From the NCBI GenBank assembly GCA_964187785.1, contig OZ076413.1, forward strand, positions 42,472,001-42,536,000: 64,000 nt of DNA, written 5' to 3'. Shown piece after piece: positions 22,746 to 35,103 of the stretch. A program made the translations under genes and the position numbers. Origin of the DNA: Amphiscolops sp. MND2022. Taxonomy: Eukaryota. Numbering within the stretch: the first letter of the stretch is position 1; each line of letters opens with the position of its first letter. The notes under the pieces were generated by a model. That model ran no database searches and was not told the origin of the DNA. It was given only the letters and a program-made list of their open reading frames with translations.

Positions 22746-25593
22746 TGAAAGGTTCTCGACAATTTTTTTTATTTTTTATATTCATTGTTTTTGACTTCAA
22801 ATTGACTACTGCATCGTGACTATTAGATTCTGTCACAGAACGGGGTTTATTTACTAGAGGATTCAATCACCAAAAAGATGCAAACTCTAGAAAATATCTC
22901 TAAAAGTGTGATCTTAGTGAAGTTATTTGAAAAGTAGTAGTACATTTCAGTGACGCAACATTTAAAATACAGTCTCAGAGTATTTCCTAAAATTTTTTCC
23001 AATCAATTGTGTTATGTACCAGTTATTGATTTGAAATTAGACTGTGCATAATATTTCGATTGAAATTATTTTTCAATTTGTTGAAATACCCTTCTGAAAT
23101 AATAGTTAATAATAATAATCTCAGTACAGGCTTAAGCAAGTCTCTTTTACCAAGCTCAGTGGTATGGTCAATGACAAAAATTAACACACTTGGCGGAGAA
23201 AAGCAAAAACAAAAAGAGCAATGGTAGATAGTCAGGCCTTCATGACCCTGAGCAAGTAACTCTGAAACCACTGCTCAAACCGCACATTGCTTGACCATTT
23301 GACTGCGAATATGAGGCCATAGCTTGCTGATACTATAAGTGCCTATTTGGTGTCGACCACGCGGAATTGAGGAAGCAATTTTTTCCTTTCTTCTTTCCTT
23401 CTGAATCAGTATTTTTTTGTATTAAATCCTTTTGACAACAATCAATAGATATCATTCTGTTCCTCAAATTTTAGGAATGATGGTAAACATAACAGAACGA
23501 TTTTTAGTAACCATGAAAATGAATAAACAAGCTGGGAACGGCCCTGCTCAAGGTTTAGAAGAGTAAAGTTTCTTAAATATGCAAGGGATACTTTTGTCAA
23601 AAGTTTATCAAATATACAGTGCCGAAAAATACCAGAAGGGATACGACAAGACTAGAATTAAGTTTTTCCCTATCTTGAAACAACAAAAAACTAAGTTTTT
23701 CAATTACCATTTTTTTCGAAACTTTTTTAAACGCAAAAGTCTTAGTGCCGAAAAAGGAGCTTTAAGCTCGCCAAACACTTTTCTCAGTCCAAAAACATTT
23801 ATCATACTGAAGGGAGTACCACAATCATTGAGTAAATTCATCAGTTCCACAGGATTAAAAACTGACGGTGCCGAAAAACGCTACAGAGGGGGCCCTTTGG
23901 GGCCCTTTTATTATCAAGTTTGTTCCAGAAACTCAAAATAACCAAAGAGGGGAGGACCCTTTGGCGGCATCAAAAAGTTCGGGGAAGAAGTCTCAAAATT
24001 GCAAAAAACACCAGTGAAACCAAACCTTCTGAGGTGTATAGTAACGAAAAAAGTTTGAAAACTATGGTGCTCAAACGTGGTACCCTTTGGAAGCACCCGG
24101 GATTGTTTTCTAGTAAGGTAGGACGGTTTAGAAAAATTCTGTAAAAAAAGTGAATTTTTCAGTGCGAGGTCTGTCGTCTGGAGAAAAAAAAGAAAAAATC
24201 TAGACACTGCAAGAGTCGGGCATTTTTTGTTTCAGAAAAAGTGCCGACTAAAATTACAAGATTCAGATCATGATAGCAATATAAAAATTTGCCCATGAAT
24301 AGACAATAACCAACCAAATAACATGAACATAGAAATTAATACGAAAATAATTAGGTTGAAAAACATGATCTTTCTTAAATTCAAAATCTTGAGAACCTAT
24401 TCTGGATAGTTTTCTTTGAAAAATCACTAAGAGACTAAAACTTTCAAAAACACATCAAGAATCTCGACTTTTTAAGAAGCAAGCAATGTTTTTGATTCTT
24501 TATTTGTGGTCATACACTTTTTCTTCGAAAATCATACAATCACGTTTCGAAAGCCTTCATTGTAGAGGTCAAACAAGGTTGAAAGAACTTTTTCATCATT
24601 AGAAACAACTTTCACAACTTCTATCTTATTAACTATATTCTGTATTTAATACCATAATTGGAGCTCACTGCAGCTTCGATGATAGTATATGCTTCGTACA
24701 TACAGGTCTTTTAGTATCGCAGACTTTAATTGGACTTAATCAGAGCAAAGTTTTCAAGTGCTTCTAGAATTAATGAAAATTTGGCTGCAGTGATTTGCAC
24801 TACCTTACACAACAGGCACTAGAATATTTTGCATCTTCAATTTCTCTTTCGAAGTTTTGACGTGACGTCAATAGAGCCATTTATCGCCTACATTGAAACT
24901 GAAAAGGTTTGTATATTTCCTGTTATTGGCCCAAACGCGCGCACGCTTCATGCTAAAAAGGCGCAAAATGATTCGAATCTAATCAAGCTGATAGTCAATA
25001 AAATCAGAATAATGGTTGTTTAGATAAAGGCAACGTAGTAAGAGTCCCTGGTTGAAATCGCCCAAACTTTTTACAAACTTTTGCAAGCTTCCAAGGTAAT
25101 TTTTCATGATTTTATAAAATTCTCAAAGAAACTTCACTGATTCGATTTATTTTCATCAAGCTGCCTATAAGATGCATCTTAAAATTGACGACAATACCGA
25201 GCCGCAACTTTTTGCAGATTTCATCAAGCAGCAGCACTATTTTTAAAAGCAGCTGAGACCGTCATCAATTTTACCGCGCTTTCAATGCAAATAAACTTCA
25301 GTCACATTATAAATTTCCAAGCAGCGTCATATTCAGCGTGCTATCTGACTAACGGTGTTTACATAAGGTACTTACTTGAGAAAGTTACTACTGAAAACAA
25401 AGTTATCGCGTTGGTGAAGAATTGGAAATGTTTTCAGTTTTAATTGAAAAAGTGAAAGCTGCATGGTAATCCTACATTTCGCCATGCAAGCTCTCAGTAT
25501 TTTCTATGTTTCTCATAAGTTTAGAATGTATGTTGTTGTTGTTGTTGATGTGGATTTACAGCTTTCGCTGATGGGATTGCTCCCAAATTCTTT

Positions 25594-27200
25594 TTAACAT
25601 CTTCGTCCCCTGTTTCTACATTGTCCACAGTCGCACACCCTTAACCATGTACAAGAGTTGTTTTCGTCGAACTGGTTATTGTAGTGTCTCCACATATCGC
25701 AGAGAAGTCTGTCTTTGAGACCCATTCCGTTGCCAATGTCAAAGCAATTATTAACCTTGTTCACGATCTGACAATTCCTAAAGAAAAATTCGCTGCGGCT
25801 TCTCTCAGTCCGGGGGGTTTTCATTTGATAGTTCATGGGTCTGCGTGCGCTGCAAGTCATTTTGGTATGTAAGTTCAAAATGTTCGCCAGGTTTCCTCTA
25901 GTAGGCGATGAAAAAAGTAGGAGATCGTTCATCTGCACAAACATTGGTAGCGGCAAAATGTTCAGTAGCCTCAAACTGTTAGCATAGCAAGTCTGTTTGT
26001 TGCCCATTATCCATTTACAGCTTTTTTTCTGGAGCCTCTCTAAAGCGTTCATGATGGCTTTTGATTGTTTGGCACAAAAAAGTCCATAGGTGACGGTCGG
26101 AAGTACCAGCGATTTGTACAGGTTCAGCTTAGTGTTAGATTTAACATTGTACACAATGTTCCGCCTGGGGGAGAACAAAACATTATAGGTTTTTTTCAAC
26201 CTACTGCTAACATGTGCTGACCAGTTGAGATCTTTTTTTACAAAGATGCCAAGGTCTTTAACTTCTTCTGGGTCCTCAAAGTTGATGTTTCCGACTTTAT
26301 TTTGACAATTTGAACCTCTGAACTCAAGTTTGTAGCATTTGTCCGGTGCCAAGCTCATTCCATTGGTGTCAACCCAGTTCGAAATAGCTTCTAAGTCGGA
26401 TTTTATTTGCCCTTGTGTCTTCGCGACAGCTAATATTTTCAGATCATCTGCAAATATGTAGGGATCACTAAGTTTCAGTGCTTCGGGGAGGTCGCTTATT
26501 AAAATACAGAACAATAAGGGACACACGAGAGATCCTTGGGGCACTCCACTTGTAATTTCTAACTGCTGAGATATAGTGTTCCCAACTCGAACGTGCTGGG
26601 TTCGTCGTTCCAAGTAGTCACAAAGAATATCGAGAAAGCAGCCTCCAACGCCAATTGCACTCACTTTCTTCAGCAGCTCATAATGCGGTACTCGGTCAAA
26701 TGCTTTCGCAAAGTCGGTGTAAAAAGCGACCACTGTATCACTAGAACTTTTATCCAAAGCTTCATGTATGTCTTTCAAGAATTTCAGCATGTTTGATTGA
26801 ACTGATGTTCCGGGGACAAATCCGTGCTGGTTTCTGGAGAGAAAGAAAGAGAAATGAAGAAAGAGAGGATCATACAAGCACTTTTCGAAAACTTTGCTGT
26901 CAATATTCAGAAGCGACACTGGTCTGTAGTTCTTTACTAATTGTTTATCGCTTTTCTTGTAGACAGGCACAATAGTAGCATCTTTCCAACATCTAGGAAG
27001 TGTTCGTAGCCTTTTAACATTCTTGAATAGTTTGTTCAGGGTAGTACTCATTTCAACAGATGTTTTTTGGAAAAGTACTGGGGGAAATTTGTTAGGGCCT
27101 CTTAGGTCTGGTCTGTTAAAATGCTTCGAATTTTGGATCTTGAAACGTCAAAGTTTGTCAGAACCGATCTTTTGTTTCGAATGTCTTGTAGTGTGTATGG
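25594..27200 (-). pseudogene. LINE ORF2 reverse transcriptase
   Basis: WK.A.IVPVYK, NYRPVSL, QHGF, DFAKAFD.V.H, GVPQGS..PLLF, FADD, DLG; C-terminal CDCGQC. Confidence 0.93.
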
Positions 27201-28411
27201 TATTTTTGGAGAGTAAACGAATGAAAGAACTCGTTGAAGAAGCGGGCTGTTTCGTTTTCTAAACGACTGACCTCATCGCCTTTGTTCATCACTCTAGGAA
27301 TGCAATTCGCTTTGTTGAGATAGTTCAAGTGCTTGAAAATTTTTTCAGTATTGCGTGAGCTGAAAAGTTCTTCTTGGTACTTCAAGCGATCGATTTCACA
27401 GTTCTCTAAAACCACGTTCTCTAGTTTAGATACGTTATTTCTTGGGTATGCAGTAGGTCTTTCTAGAAGCACTTTCTTCAGAGTTTTCAATTTGTTTATG
27501 AGATTCGATCTACTTGGAGTTATCCAAGGAGGCATTTCTTGTCGATGTCTCGTTCTTAGCGGAACAAACTCCTGTATTAAATTTTCAGTGTATTGACACA
27601 ATTCAGAATACTTGTTGTCGATGTTTGTGTGACAAACTGGAATGAAAGGACGTGTGCTCATAATGTCAATCATTTTTTGATAGTCAGCTCTCCCGTAACT
27701 CCGATACTTCTCAAATATGGGTTTCTGTTGGTGATGCGAGCATTCGAGTCTCATTTTCACTGCATGATGATTAATGATGATGTAGACCTTCGTGAAATCA
27801 TTATCCTTTTCGGCCAAGATATTACATTTCCTTTGAAAGACCAAGTCTATGGTGTTGTTTGCGCAAGTGGGAAAGGCAACTACTTGCCGAAGCATGTGAT
27901 GATCAAACAAATCAATGACTCTTTGTTCGTAGTCATCGGAGCTGTATAACGTGTTCCAGTCAACTGTAGGCAGGTTCATGTCCCCACAGACAATTAGTGG
28001 AGTTGTTTTTGGTAAAGAGTCGAGTATTTGTTTAAACTCTGCAATTTCATATCGGTATTTGCTGTCATCCGGTGGGTTGTTTAGAGTACAAAGAACAATC
28101 TCTAAGTTGTCAAGAGTTATTGAACAGGCTACACAGCATTCAGGTAAAACAATGTCTAGTTGTTTGGAAACAAGAGTGCTTTTCACGGCAATTAGCGAAC
28201 CTCCATGAGTAGAGTAGTCTTTAGTAGACGGTCTGTCTGCTCGGTAAAGTTTGTACTCTTTCGGTTGTAGTTCAGAGTCTGACACACCCCCATCCAACCA
28301 CGTCCCACACAAACAAATGACATTATACTGGCTCAAAATAATTGCATTTACGAATTTTTCTCTCCTTTCTGCTTTCCATAGGCTTCGAGTATTCAGTAAC
28401 AGCATGTTCAT
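27158..28411 (-). pseudogene. LINE ORF2 apurinic-like endonuclease domain (frameshifted from RT)
   Basis: LLNTRS, CGTWL (ETWL-like), HGG, NPP, GDMN, FPT, IDLVF, PPW. Confidence 0.9.
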
Positions 28412-28420
28412 GTAAAATAG

Positions 28421-29346
28421 TCAGTCAGTTTTTTCATTTTCATCAATTAGTAGGACTTTCTTTCCATCGTCAAAAAGTTCAAAGTTCCGTATTTTCAGTT
28501 TGTCAGGTGGTATACCGTTGTTGATCAGTTCTCTCCGCAACTTCAAACACAGATTTTCTTTCAAGGCATCTTCTCTAGACAACATAGACATCAGAAAATA
28601 GTTCACATCTTTGAGTTCAGTACGTTTCTCAAAGCTTTTTGCTAGCACCAAGCGTGCTTCGTGTTCCGTGTTAAAGGTAACGAGGACAGTCCTGGACTTT
28701 TTTCTATCTTTGTCAAACTTTCCAAGTCTTCTCAATTCTTTGAATTTTGTGTCAACGCCAATTTTGTAAGTATTTCGTTAACCTTTTCGGTGGTTGTGAC
28801 AAGATTTTCATATTTCTTTTTATCCAGATCTTCGTGGGATCTTCTCCCATGTATTCTCAGACTTGATGAGATGTTGTGGTTCAAGATTTGTTTGTGATCT
28901 GTTTCCGGCAAGGGTCTCCTCGTAGAAACTATTTCAAAATTTTTTGCCGCTATTTCGCTATAGCTGTTTTGGGTTACTTTACAGGAGACTTTCAAGACTT
29001 CTTCTACTTTTTTGTCAATCAGGGAAGTTAGTTTCACCTCCAGCGATTCCAATTTGTTTTCAATTTTAAGGGCTTCGACTTGTTCGTTCGCTTTGTGTAT
29101 TGTCCAACTTTTAATGATGTTATCTCGTTCATTGTTTTCAATACAGGTGTTGCATAATAGCATGCAACTGAGCCCGAGTTCTTTTATTCCATTTAAGGCT
29201 ACATTTGAGAGGCCAGTACACGAAGGTTCAAGGTGCATGAAACAGTTGCATCCAATGCATTGATAGGTTTTCTCATTTTGATTGATCTTGCGTTTGCAAG
29301 TTTTACAGTTCTTGTTCATTTTGTAATCTGTTTGGTTTAGGCACAC
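28421..29346 (-). pseudogene. LINE ORF1 with N-terminal PHD finger and coiled coil (frameshifted)
   Basis: CKTC..CIGC..H..C..CNTC; downstream RLGKF..RTVLVTF motif typical of ORF1 RRM-like regions. Confidence 0.8.
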
Positions 29347-29406
29347 CGAACTGAATCACTGACCCAAAGAAAACAGTTACAAAATCTAACAGATTGGAAA
29401 TTGGAC

Positions 29407-30003
29407 TCACTGGTTATCTTGTTTGTTCTTCCTCGCTCTCCGTTTCTTTGATGATGGTTTCTTTTTCTTTTTGATGAGCTGCCTCAGTTGCCAATTTTGT
29501 TTTCTGATGATGCTCAACGTTTTTATTTCAAAAGCTGGTTCTTGATGAAGAGCCTCGTATTTCGCTAAAAGTTTTTTGTCCTGTCGCTTCATTTGTGACA
29601 AAAGTTCACGTGTGACGTGAAGCACAGGTATTTTCAACTTTTTCAGAAGGGGATAGATATTTGGGGAACCTTTCCGGGGACAGTATACCACACCTTGACA
29701 GTTTTCTAATTTCGTGATCTGTTTCGTCAGTTCACTTCCACTTAGTGGGCAGTGATAGTTTGATTTGTGGGGCGAGATGGAGTTGTTCACTACGTCGTGC
29801 CACAATAGAAACTTTTCGTTGTATGGAAAAATAAATTTTCTAACCAGAAATTGAACAATTTTTCTGGGGTTTGCTGCACAAGGGTTCAGACTAAGCCCAG
29901 GGACTGCGATCACTTCTCTTCTAAGTCTTTTCTTTATGTTTTTCCACTTCTCCAGAGAATGATGTAACGAGCTTGCTGCAATGATCAGCATTAATGGGAC
30001 CAC
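29407..30003 (-). CDS. LINE upstream ORF, SGNH-fold-like protein with basic tail
   Basis: Intact 198 aa: LIIAASSL / IAVPGLS / LLWHDVVNNS blocks; tail KKKKKPSSKKRRARK. Confidence 0.55.
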   Translation of the reverse strand: MVPLMLIIAASSLHHSLEKWKNIKKRLRREVIAVPGLSLNPCAANPRKIVQFLVRKFIFPYNEKFLLWHDVVNNSISPHKSNYHCPLSGSELTKQITKLENCQGVVYCPRKGSPNIYPLLKKLKIPVLHVTRELLSQMKRQDKKLLAKYEALHQEPAFEIKTLSIIRKQNWQLRQLIKKKKKPSSKKRRARKNKQDNQ

Positions 30004-30419
30004 GGCTGTCCCTCAAATTTCAAACTTTATCTATTTAATAAGTTTATCACAACATTTAGGCTGGATGCATGGATGCAACATGGAAAACTTACCGGCAAGT
30101 TCGACTAGGGCTCTGTAACGATTCAACTGAAAACCGTTGAAGTTGGAACGGAACAATCGACGTTCAATAGATTCGGAATCAGGCCATTATATTTCCATCC
30201 TCAAATTTACATTACCTTTCAACTAAATCATGAACATTGTCTTAATTGTTAAAATTACATTTAAATACTGGGATCGAAAACGCACATAAAATCAAAAAAG
30301 TTTGCGGTTTGTTTGTGCAGTTTGAAATTCAATTCGAAATGAACTAAATTTCGTTATCGAAAAAAGGTTCAAACAGAGTTTCGTCAGGAAACTCTTGGAT
30401 TTCATTATCGAAAAACTTC

Positions 30420-31340
30420 TCGTGGAGATGACCAATGTTGTACTGAACAAACAACATCTCTACTGTCTCTTGCTCTCAAGTTTGTGTGGAATCTTTTGTG
30501 TTTGCTGAAAACGCGCTTCATCGCTGCTGACTTGTTGGAAATTCCACCAGAAATTTTTCTCGAAACACAACAAGTGATCTTTTCGCTTCGTGTCCAGAGG
30601 ATAACATCGAGTCAAGATAACTCCCGTCAAGGTCTTCGCCAAGTTTTGGACTGATCAGTTAAACCCAGTTGTGAACCCTTGTAATATCTGTTTCATTATA
30701 GTATTAAAGTCGAAGTTTTTGTCAATCAATGCTATCGCCATGTAATCATCATTAATCAAGTACTCGGAATATAACTTCATTATAACAGCGAGCTTCTGTA
30801 ATCCTCTGCGCCCGAATTTGTTTCGTTTTTTTCGTATTTTTCATTCAGATCTCTTCAGATGTATGTATCTTTTCGTGCCAAAATCAGAAATAAGTGTTTC
30901 GGCTCCAACATTTTCACGACATACTCCAAAGCGTCGTGCTTCTCAGCATATTCTGGTTGATTCTGAACTTCTTTCATGAGATCTTTCATTCCATCAATTT
31001 TGCTATTCCAGCGCGTGCCGCATGACCTGTGATGCTGATATCCGTTGCCCATGAAGTTTTCATAATAGTTCAGTGGAGTGAGGTGACCAGAGCAATATGC
31101 TTATATTGCTGCTTTGGTTTTCGTGACAAATTTCGATTTTTTTTGCTGACTTCAAATACGATATGATCGTCTCAGATGGTTTTAGTGTAGAGGTTCTGCG
31201 TTTTCGAGTAACCTCAGCATGATTGGTTGAGTGCTTGATCTCATAATGCTTGACTTAAGTGGAATAACAAATACGACAGGTTGCTTTCTGAGCTGCTGCA
31301 TTGATGTCGATCAGACTGATGTAACTGTCTGCTATTTCCA
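30420..31340 (-). pseudogene. hAT transposase remnant (internally deleted)
   Basis: BED-finger-like ATCRICYST..KHYEIKH (~31220-31280), GTRWNS (~31010) and hATC-like MKRVFSKHKRFHTNLRAR (~30470-30525). Confidence 0.6.
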
Positions 31341-31449
31341 TTTTCTCTGAAACAAGCTCTATTCAGTGACCTCCAACAAAACAAACAGAATTTGAGACAA
31401 ATATTTTACATTACTCAGTTTTGTTTACAAATCGTAATAATGCAAACTA

Positions 31450-31515
31450 ATGTGCGGGTTGAATGTGCGGGTTGCGGTCTGCGGGTTGAATGTGCGGGTT
31501 GCGGTTCGCGGTCTG
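31450..31515. repeat. GC-rich short tandem repeat (tgcgggttgaatgtgcgggttgcgg)
   Basis: Direct repeats visible in the sequence. Confidence 0.7.
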
Positions 31516-33642
31516 AACATTTCAACCCCCGTGTATATAAGTTAAATCGGAGTAAAATATCCCAAGTTGAGTACTGTACAGATCTTGAAGGATTTTTCGA
31601 AAATTAACCAGTCATAAATACAGTTTTGAAATTGAAATTAGTTGATTTAGAAATGCTCTAAAACATAAACACGCTTCTTGATTGAAACTTTTCAGTACGT
31701 TTCTGTGCGAAGCTGTGCAGACATGTACAGATCCTGACAGATATTCCAGGATTTGTCGAAAATTAACTATACGAAAAAGACCAGTGAAATACCTAATGCA
31801 TTCCAAATTTCCAGCATATGCTAAAACTATTGACCAAATTATGTTCACGAAATATTACAACAACAGCACTCTATCAACTCCTTTACGAACCGGGACAGTT
31901 GCTACATGTCTAAATTCATCTTTCCACCAAAAGCCAAAATTAAGTCAATATGGCAAACGAACCTCTCAAAGTTTAACAACCACTTCTGGAAAGTTCAAGT
32001 GGAATGAATGAATTACCGTGATGAGGACAAACTTTCTTACCCGAAACTTTCTGAGTGACGGAGACTTCCCACTGACTGAGCGTTGGTCTGCTAAAACACT
32101 TCTTGAATTAGTTGAAGAAGCCCAGTCATGCAATACATTGTTCCCGTTTTCCTAGCAAAAAAGTTTCCTGAAAGACCTGTACATAAAATTTTTGAGCATC
32201 TGTAAAGATCGTTGCAGATCTGCAATTGTCCTTTCGTAGCAGTGGCACGATCTTTACAGATGCTCAAGAGAAAAAAGCTCACAGATTTGTACAGATTCTG
32301 AAGGAAAGCTCAACACAGAATGCTCATTTTTCCCTCATTTTTGATGAGATTCTGACTCCCTCGCGAATATTTGGATAATAATTAGTTCATTAATGACTTT
32401 TGTAATATTTCGAACTGGAACTAATAGCCAAAATAAGTTTAGGTCGAAATTGCGGAAGATTTAAAATGAAATAGGTTGAAATTGGTAACGATTAAAATGG
32501 CAACGGTTGAAATTCCATAGGATAAAATGTCCAGACACCGACTGGCATGACGTGAAAATAGTATAAAAAAGTTCGTAGGAAATCACAATTTGTAGAGTTC
32601 ATTTTGAAAGCATCTTCAAAGTTCGTCGGCTCACATATTTTTGTCTATATGTCTATACATATAATATACTATATATGTCTATACTATAATGTCTGAAGAA
32701 AGCTCCGACTAAAAACACTGAAAAAGTCCAACTTGGCTCATTGCATAAAACGGATGAGTAAAATGTTAGTTAAAAAGATCAATAAGATTGCAAAATTGCG
32801 GCAAAAATTTAAAAGTATTATCAAAAAGCGACACAAGAGTTTTCCTCGAAGAAATGAAGTGTGTCGAAAAAGACTCCGCTTCCACTTTCCCGAGCAAATA
32901 CTAAAATTTGAAGAAAATGTTCAGATAGTTCTAAAAACCTTGAACGAAGTATCATATTTTGCAGCGTGGCTTTGAGTAATCTTTGGGAGTTTGGGAACCC
33001 AGCTATCAACTGCAACTTTCGAGTGAACATCGCGGCTAATACTTTTGGAATCTGAGAAAAGCACATTTGATCAAAAAATGATAAAATCTTATTATTTTAG
33101 CATTTTCTGGAGAAAAATTTATAGCCCAGTTTTGCCTAACGTAATTTGCCTAATATAAAGCTCTATCTACACTCTATTTTTTCGAAATATCATAATTTGG
33201 GTCAGTGAAAGAGGTTGTGAGTTTTCTCAATTTGTTTGCGATTTTTTGCAATAATTCTCTGCAGTTTGTTTATTGCTTCATGCATGCTTTGTGAGTTACG
33301 TAATAAACACTTTACCGTATAATTTTGATTTTCGGTTGTTTTTTTGTTGAAAGCTAGATTATTTTTAGTGTCTCAAGCTTCAGCCCCAATTCGAACTGAG
33401 TTCCAACGAAACTTTTTCCGAAGTTTTGATAATTTTCAATCCATTCAAAAACGGCATCAAGCTAGGTATTTTGCATCTTTGCTGATAGGTGACAAATTCA
33501 GTTTCAGTTAAACTTGTACAAAACAGGTTTCCCTGATATCTTTTGATGAGATTTCAATTATTCCATGTTTTGAATCTTCACAAAACCGTAACGAAGTTTC
33601 TTTCATTTTTCGTTACCTAGTGAGAAACGATTTCTGACCGAC

Positions 33643-35103
33643 ATGGCCGAAGAACCGAAAACCTACTTTGCAGAAGGAAAGGGTGAAGCCCAAACTGGGG
33701 AGTGGAGTTACGGGATCTGTCAGTGTACCCGGAACGTTGACTGGTGCTGTATCGGATGTTTCATTCCGTCTGTGTTGCTAGTCAGAATCGGAGACCACTT
33801 GAAACGGATTCCTCAGGTTCACAAACAAATTAATTTTGAAAGAGAAGATCTAGAAAAGTAAAGAGCATGTAACAACGAGCTTGAGGAAAAATCAGTAGTG
33901 TGCAAACTTACTAATTCATCTCTAAAATGGGTTGCATGGATCTAAAAAGCCTTCACTTATCTAGGAATCTTTTTCACACTGAATCAATCGTTCACAATAG
34001 AGGGCAGAAAATCCAAAAATCCAAAATCGAATAGTTTGTGGATCCTTTGAAACTTTGAAAAGTATCTATGTTACTTTTTTGCAATGATTGCTCTGTAAAG
34101 GTGTTTCTATGGTTATAGGAAAAACCACCCAACGAAAAACACCCCAGTTACACAGGCCCTTAAGAGATATTTGGAGAGGAGTTAGTTAGCATAACAGCCA
34201 TCAATTTCTTGTATGACTCAGCCTTTCACCTTAATAGTCGCTTCGCTTTCCGAACGCCGTTTCTAGATAAAGGTAGTATATTATATAGGTTATTTTGCAT
34301 GCCATTTATGGTTATTTTTGATTTGCGTTTCAGGTGAAAACCATACTCATCATACTATTACTGCTCGTGCTCTTTGCATCCATTGCAGATACTTTCGAAA
34401 ACATTGAAGCACACATGGAAAATGATCTACTCAAGATAATCTTCGGGGCGGTTGCTCTGATTTTCGCTTTGGTGGCTCTGGCTATCCTCATTCTTTACTG
34501 TGTGAAAGTGGCCAGGCTGAGGGGGGATATCAGGGAGAGATATGGCATCGCAGGTGAGAAAGATTTATCATGCATTTTAAAAAAATTCAGTCGAATACCA
34601 AAAACTGAGTTGAAGTTGTGGAAAACATATTTCATTTATTGATAAATGTTCTTATTTTTGTAGCGAGAAATTGGGATCTTTGAATTACGAACCCAAACTT
34701 TGATAAAACCAACAGTTTACTGTCATATTCACATACATTGGCGTTTTTGTAACCAAAAGAGTTGGAACCGTGGTCGAATTTCCAGGCCCGGACTCGCCCG
34801 CCAGGCCCGGTCAATGGTTTTGAAACATCTACTAATTTTTGTAAAATTAATTTAATTCGGACCCTTGTTGTACTACATCTATCGAAACACAGACCCGTCC
34901 CGGCCCGGACCGATCCCGGTCTGGTTCCAACACTGGACGTAAGATAGTTGCAAGACAGTAATGACCTAACAAAGCTTGAATTATTACCAGGGTCAAATTG
35001 CAAGGACTGTTGTGTGGTATGCTGTTGCGTAGCTACAATTGGGTTACATAACTGTCAGATGTACCAGGAAGTTGCAGCGCGTGAAGGAATGGAACTGGCG
35101 TGA
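33643..35103 (+). CDS. PLAC8/cornifelin-family Cys-rich membrane protein, 3 exons (33643-33816, 34334-34553, 34991-35103), 168 aa
   Basis: GT-AG introns in consistent phase (0, 1). Product: WSYGICQC..CCIGCFIPS ... RLRGDIRERYGIAGSNCKDCCVVCCC..CQMYQE, the PLAC8 signature. Confidence 0.9.
34758..34934. mobile_element. MITE in PLAC8 intron 2
   Basis: Inverted termini agagttggaacc / ggttccaacact; internal gcccgg repeats. Confidence 0.6.

Larger units (their letters stand above)
25531..30010 (-). mobile_element. Non-LTR retrotransposon (CR1/L2 group), near full length, frameshifted, three ORFs
   Basis: APE-RT ORF2, PHD ORF1, upstream extra ORF and (CAA)n tail at 25531-25547; 5' end approximate. 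Confidence 0.9.

Noticed and set aside
20609..24207. Short ORFs of 60-130 aa
   Set aside because: No recognisable domains or splice support; AT-rich repeat-derived sequence.
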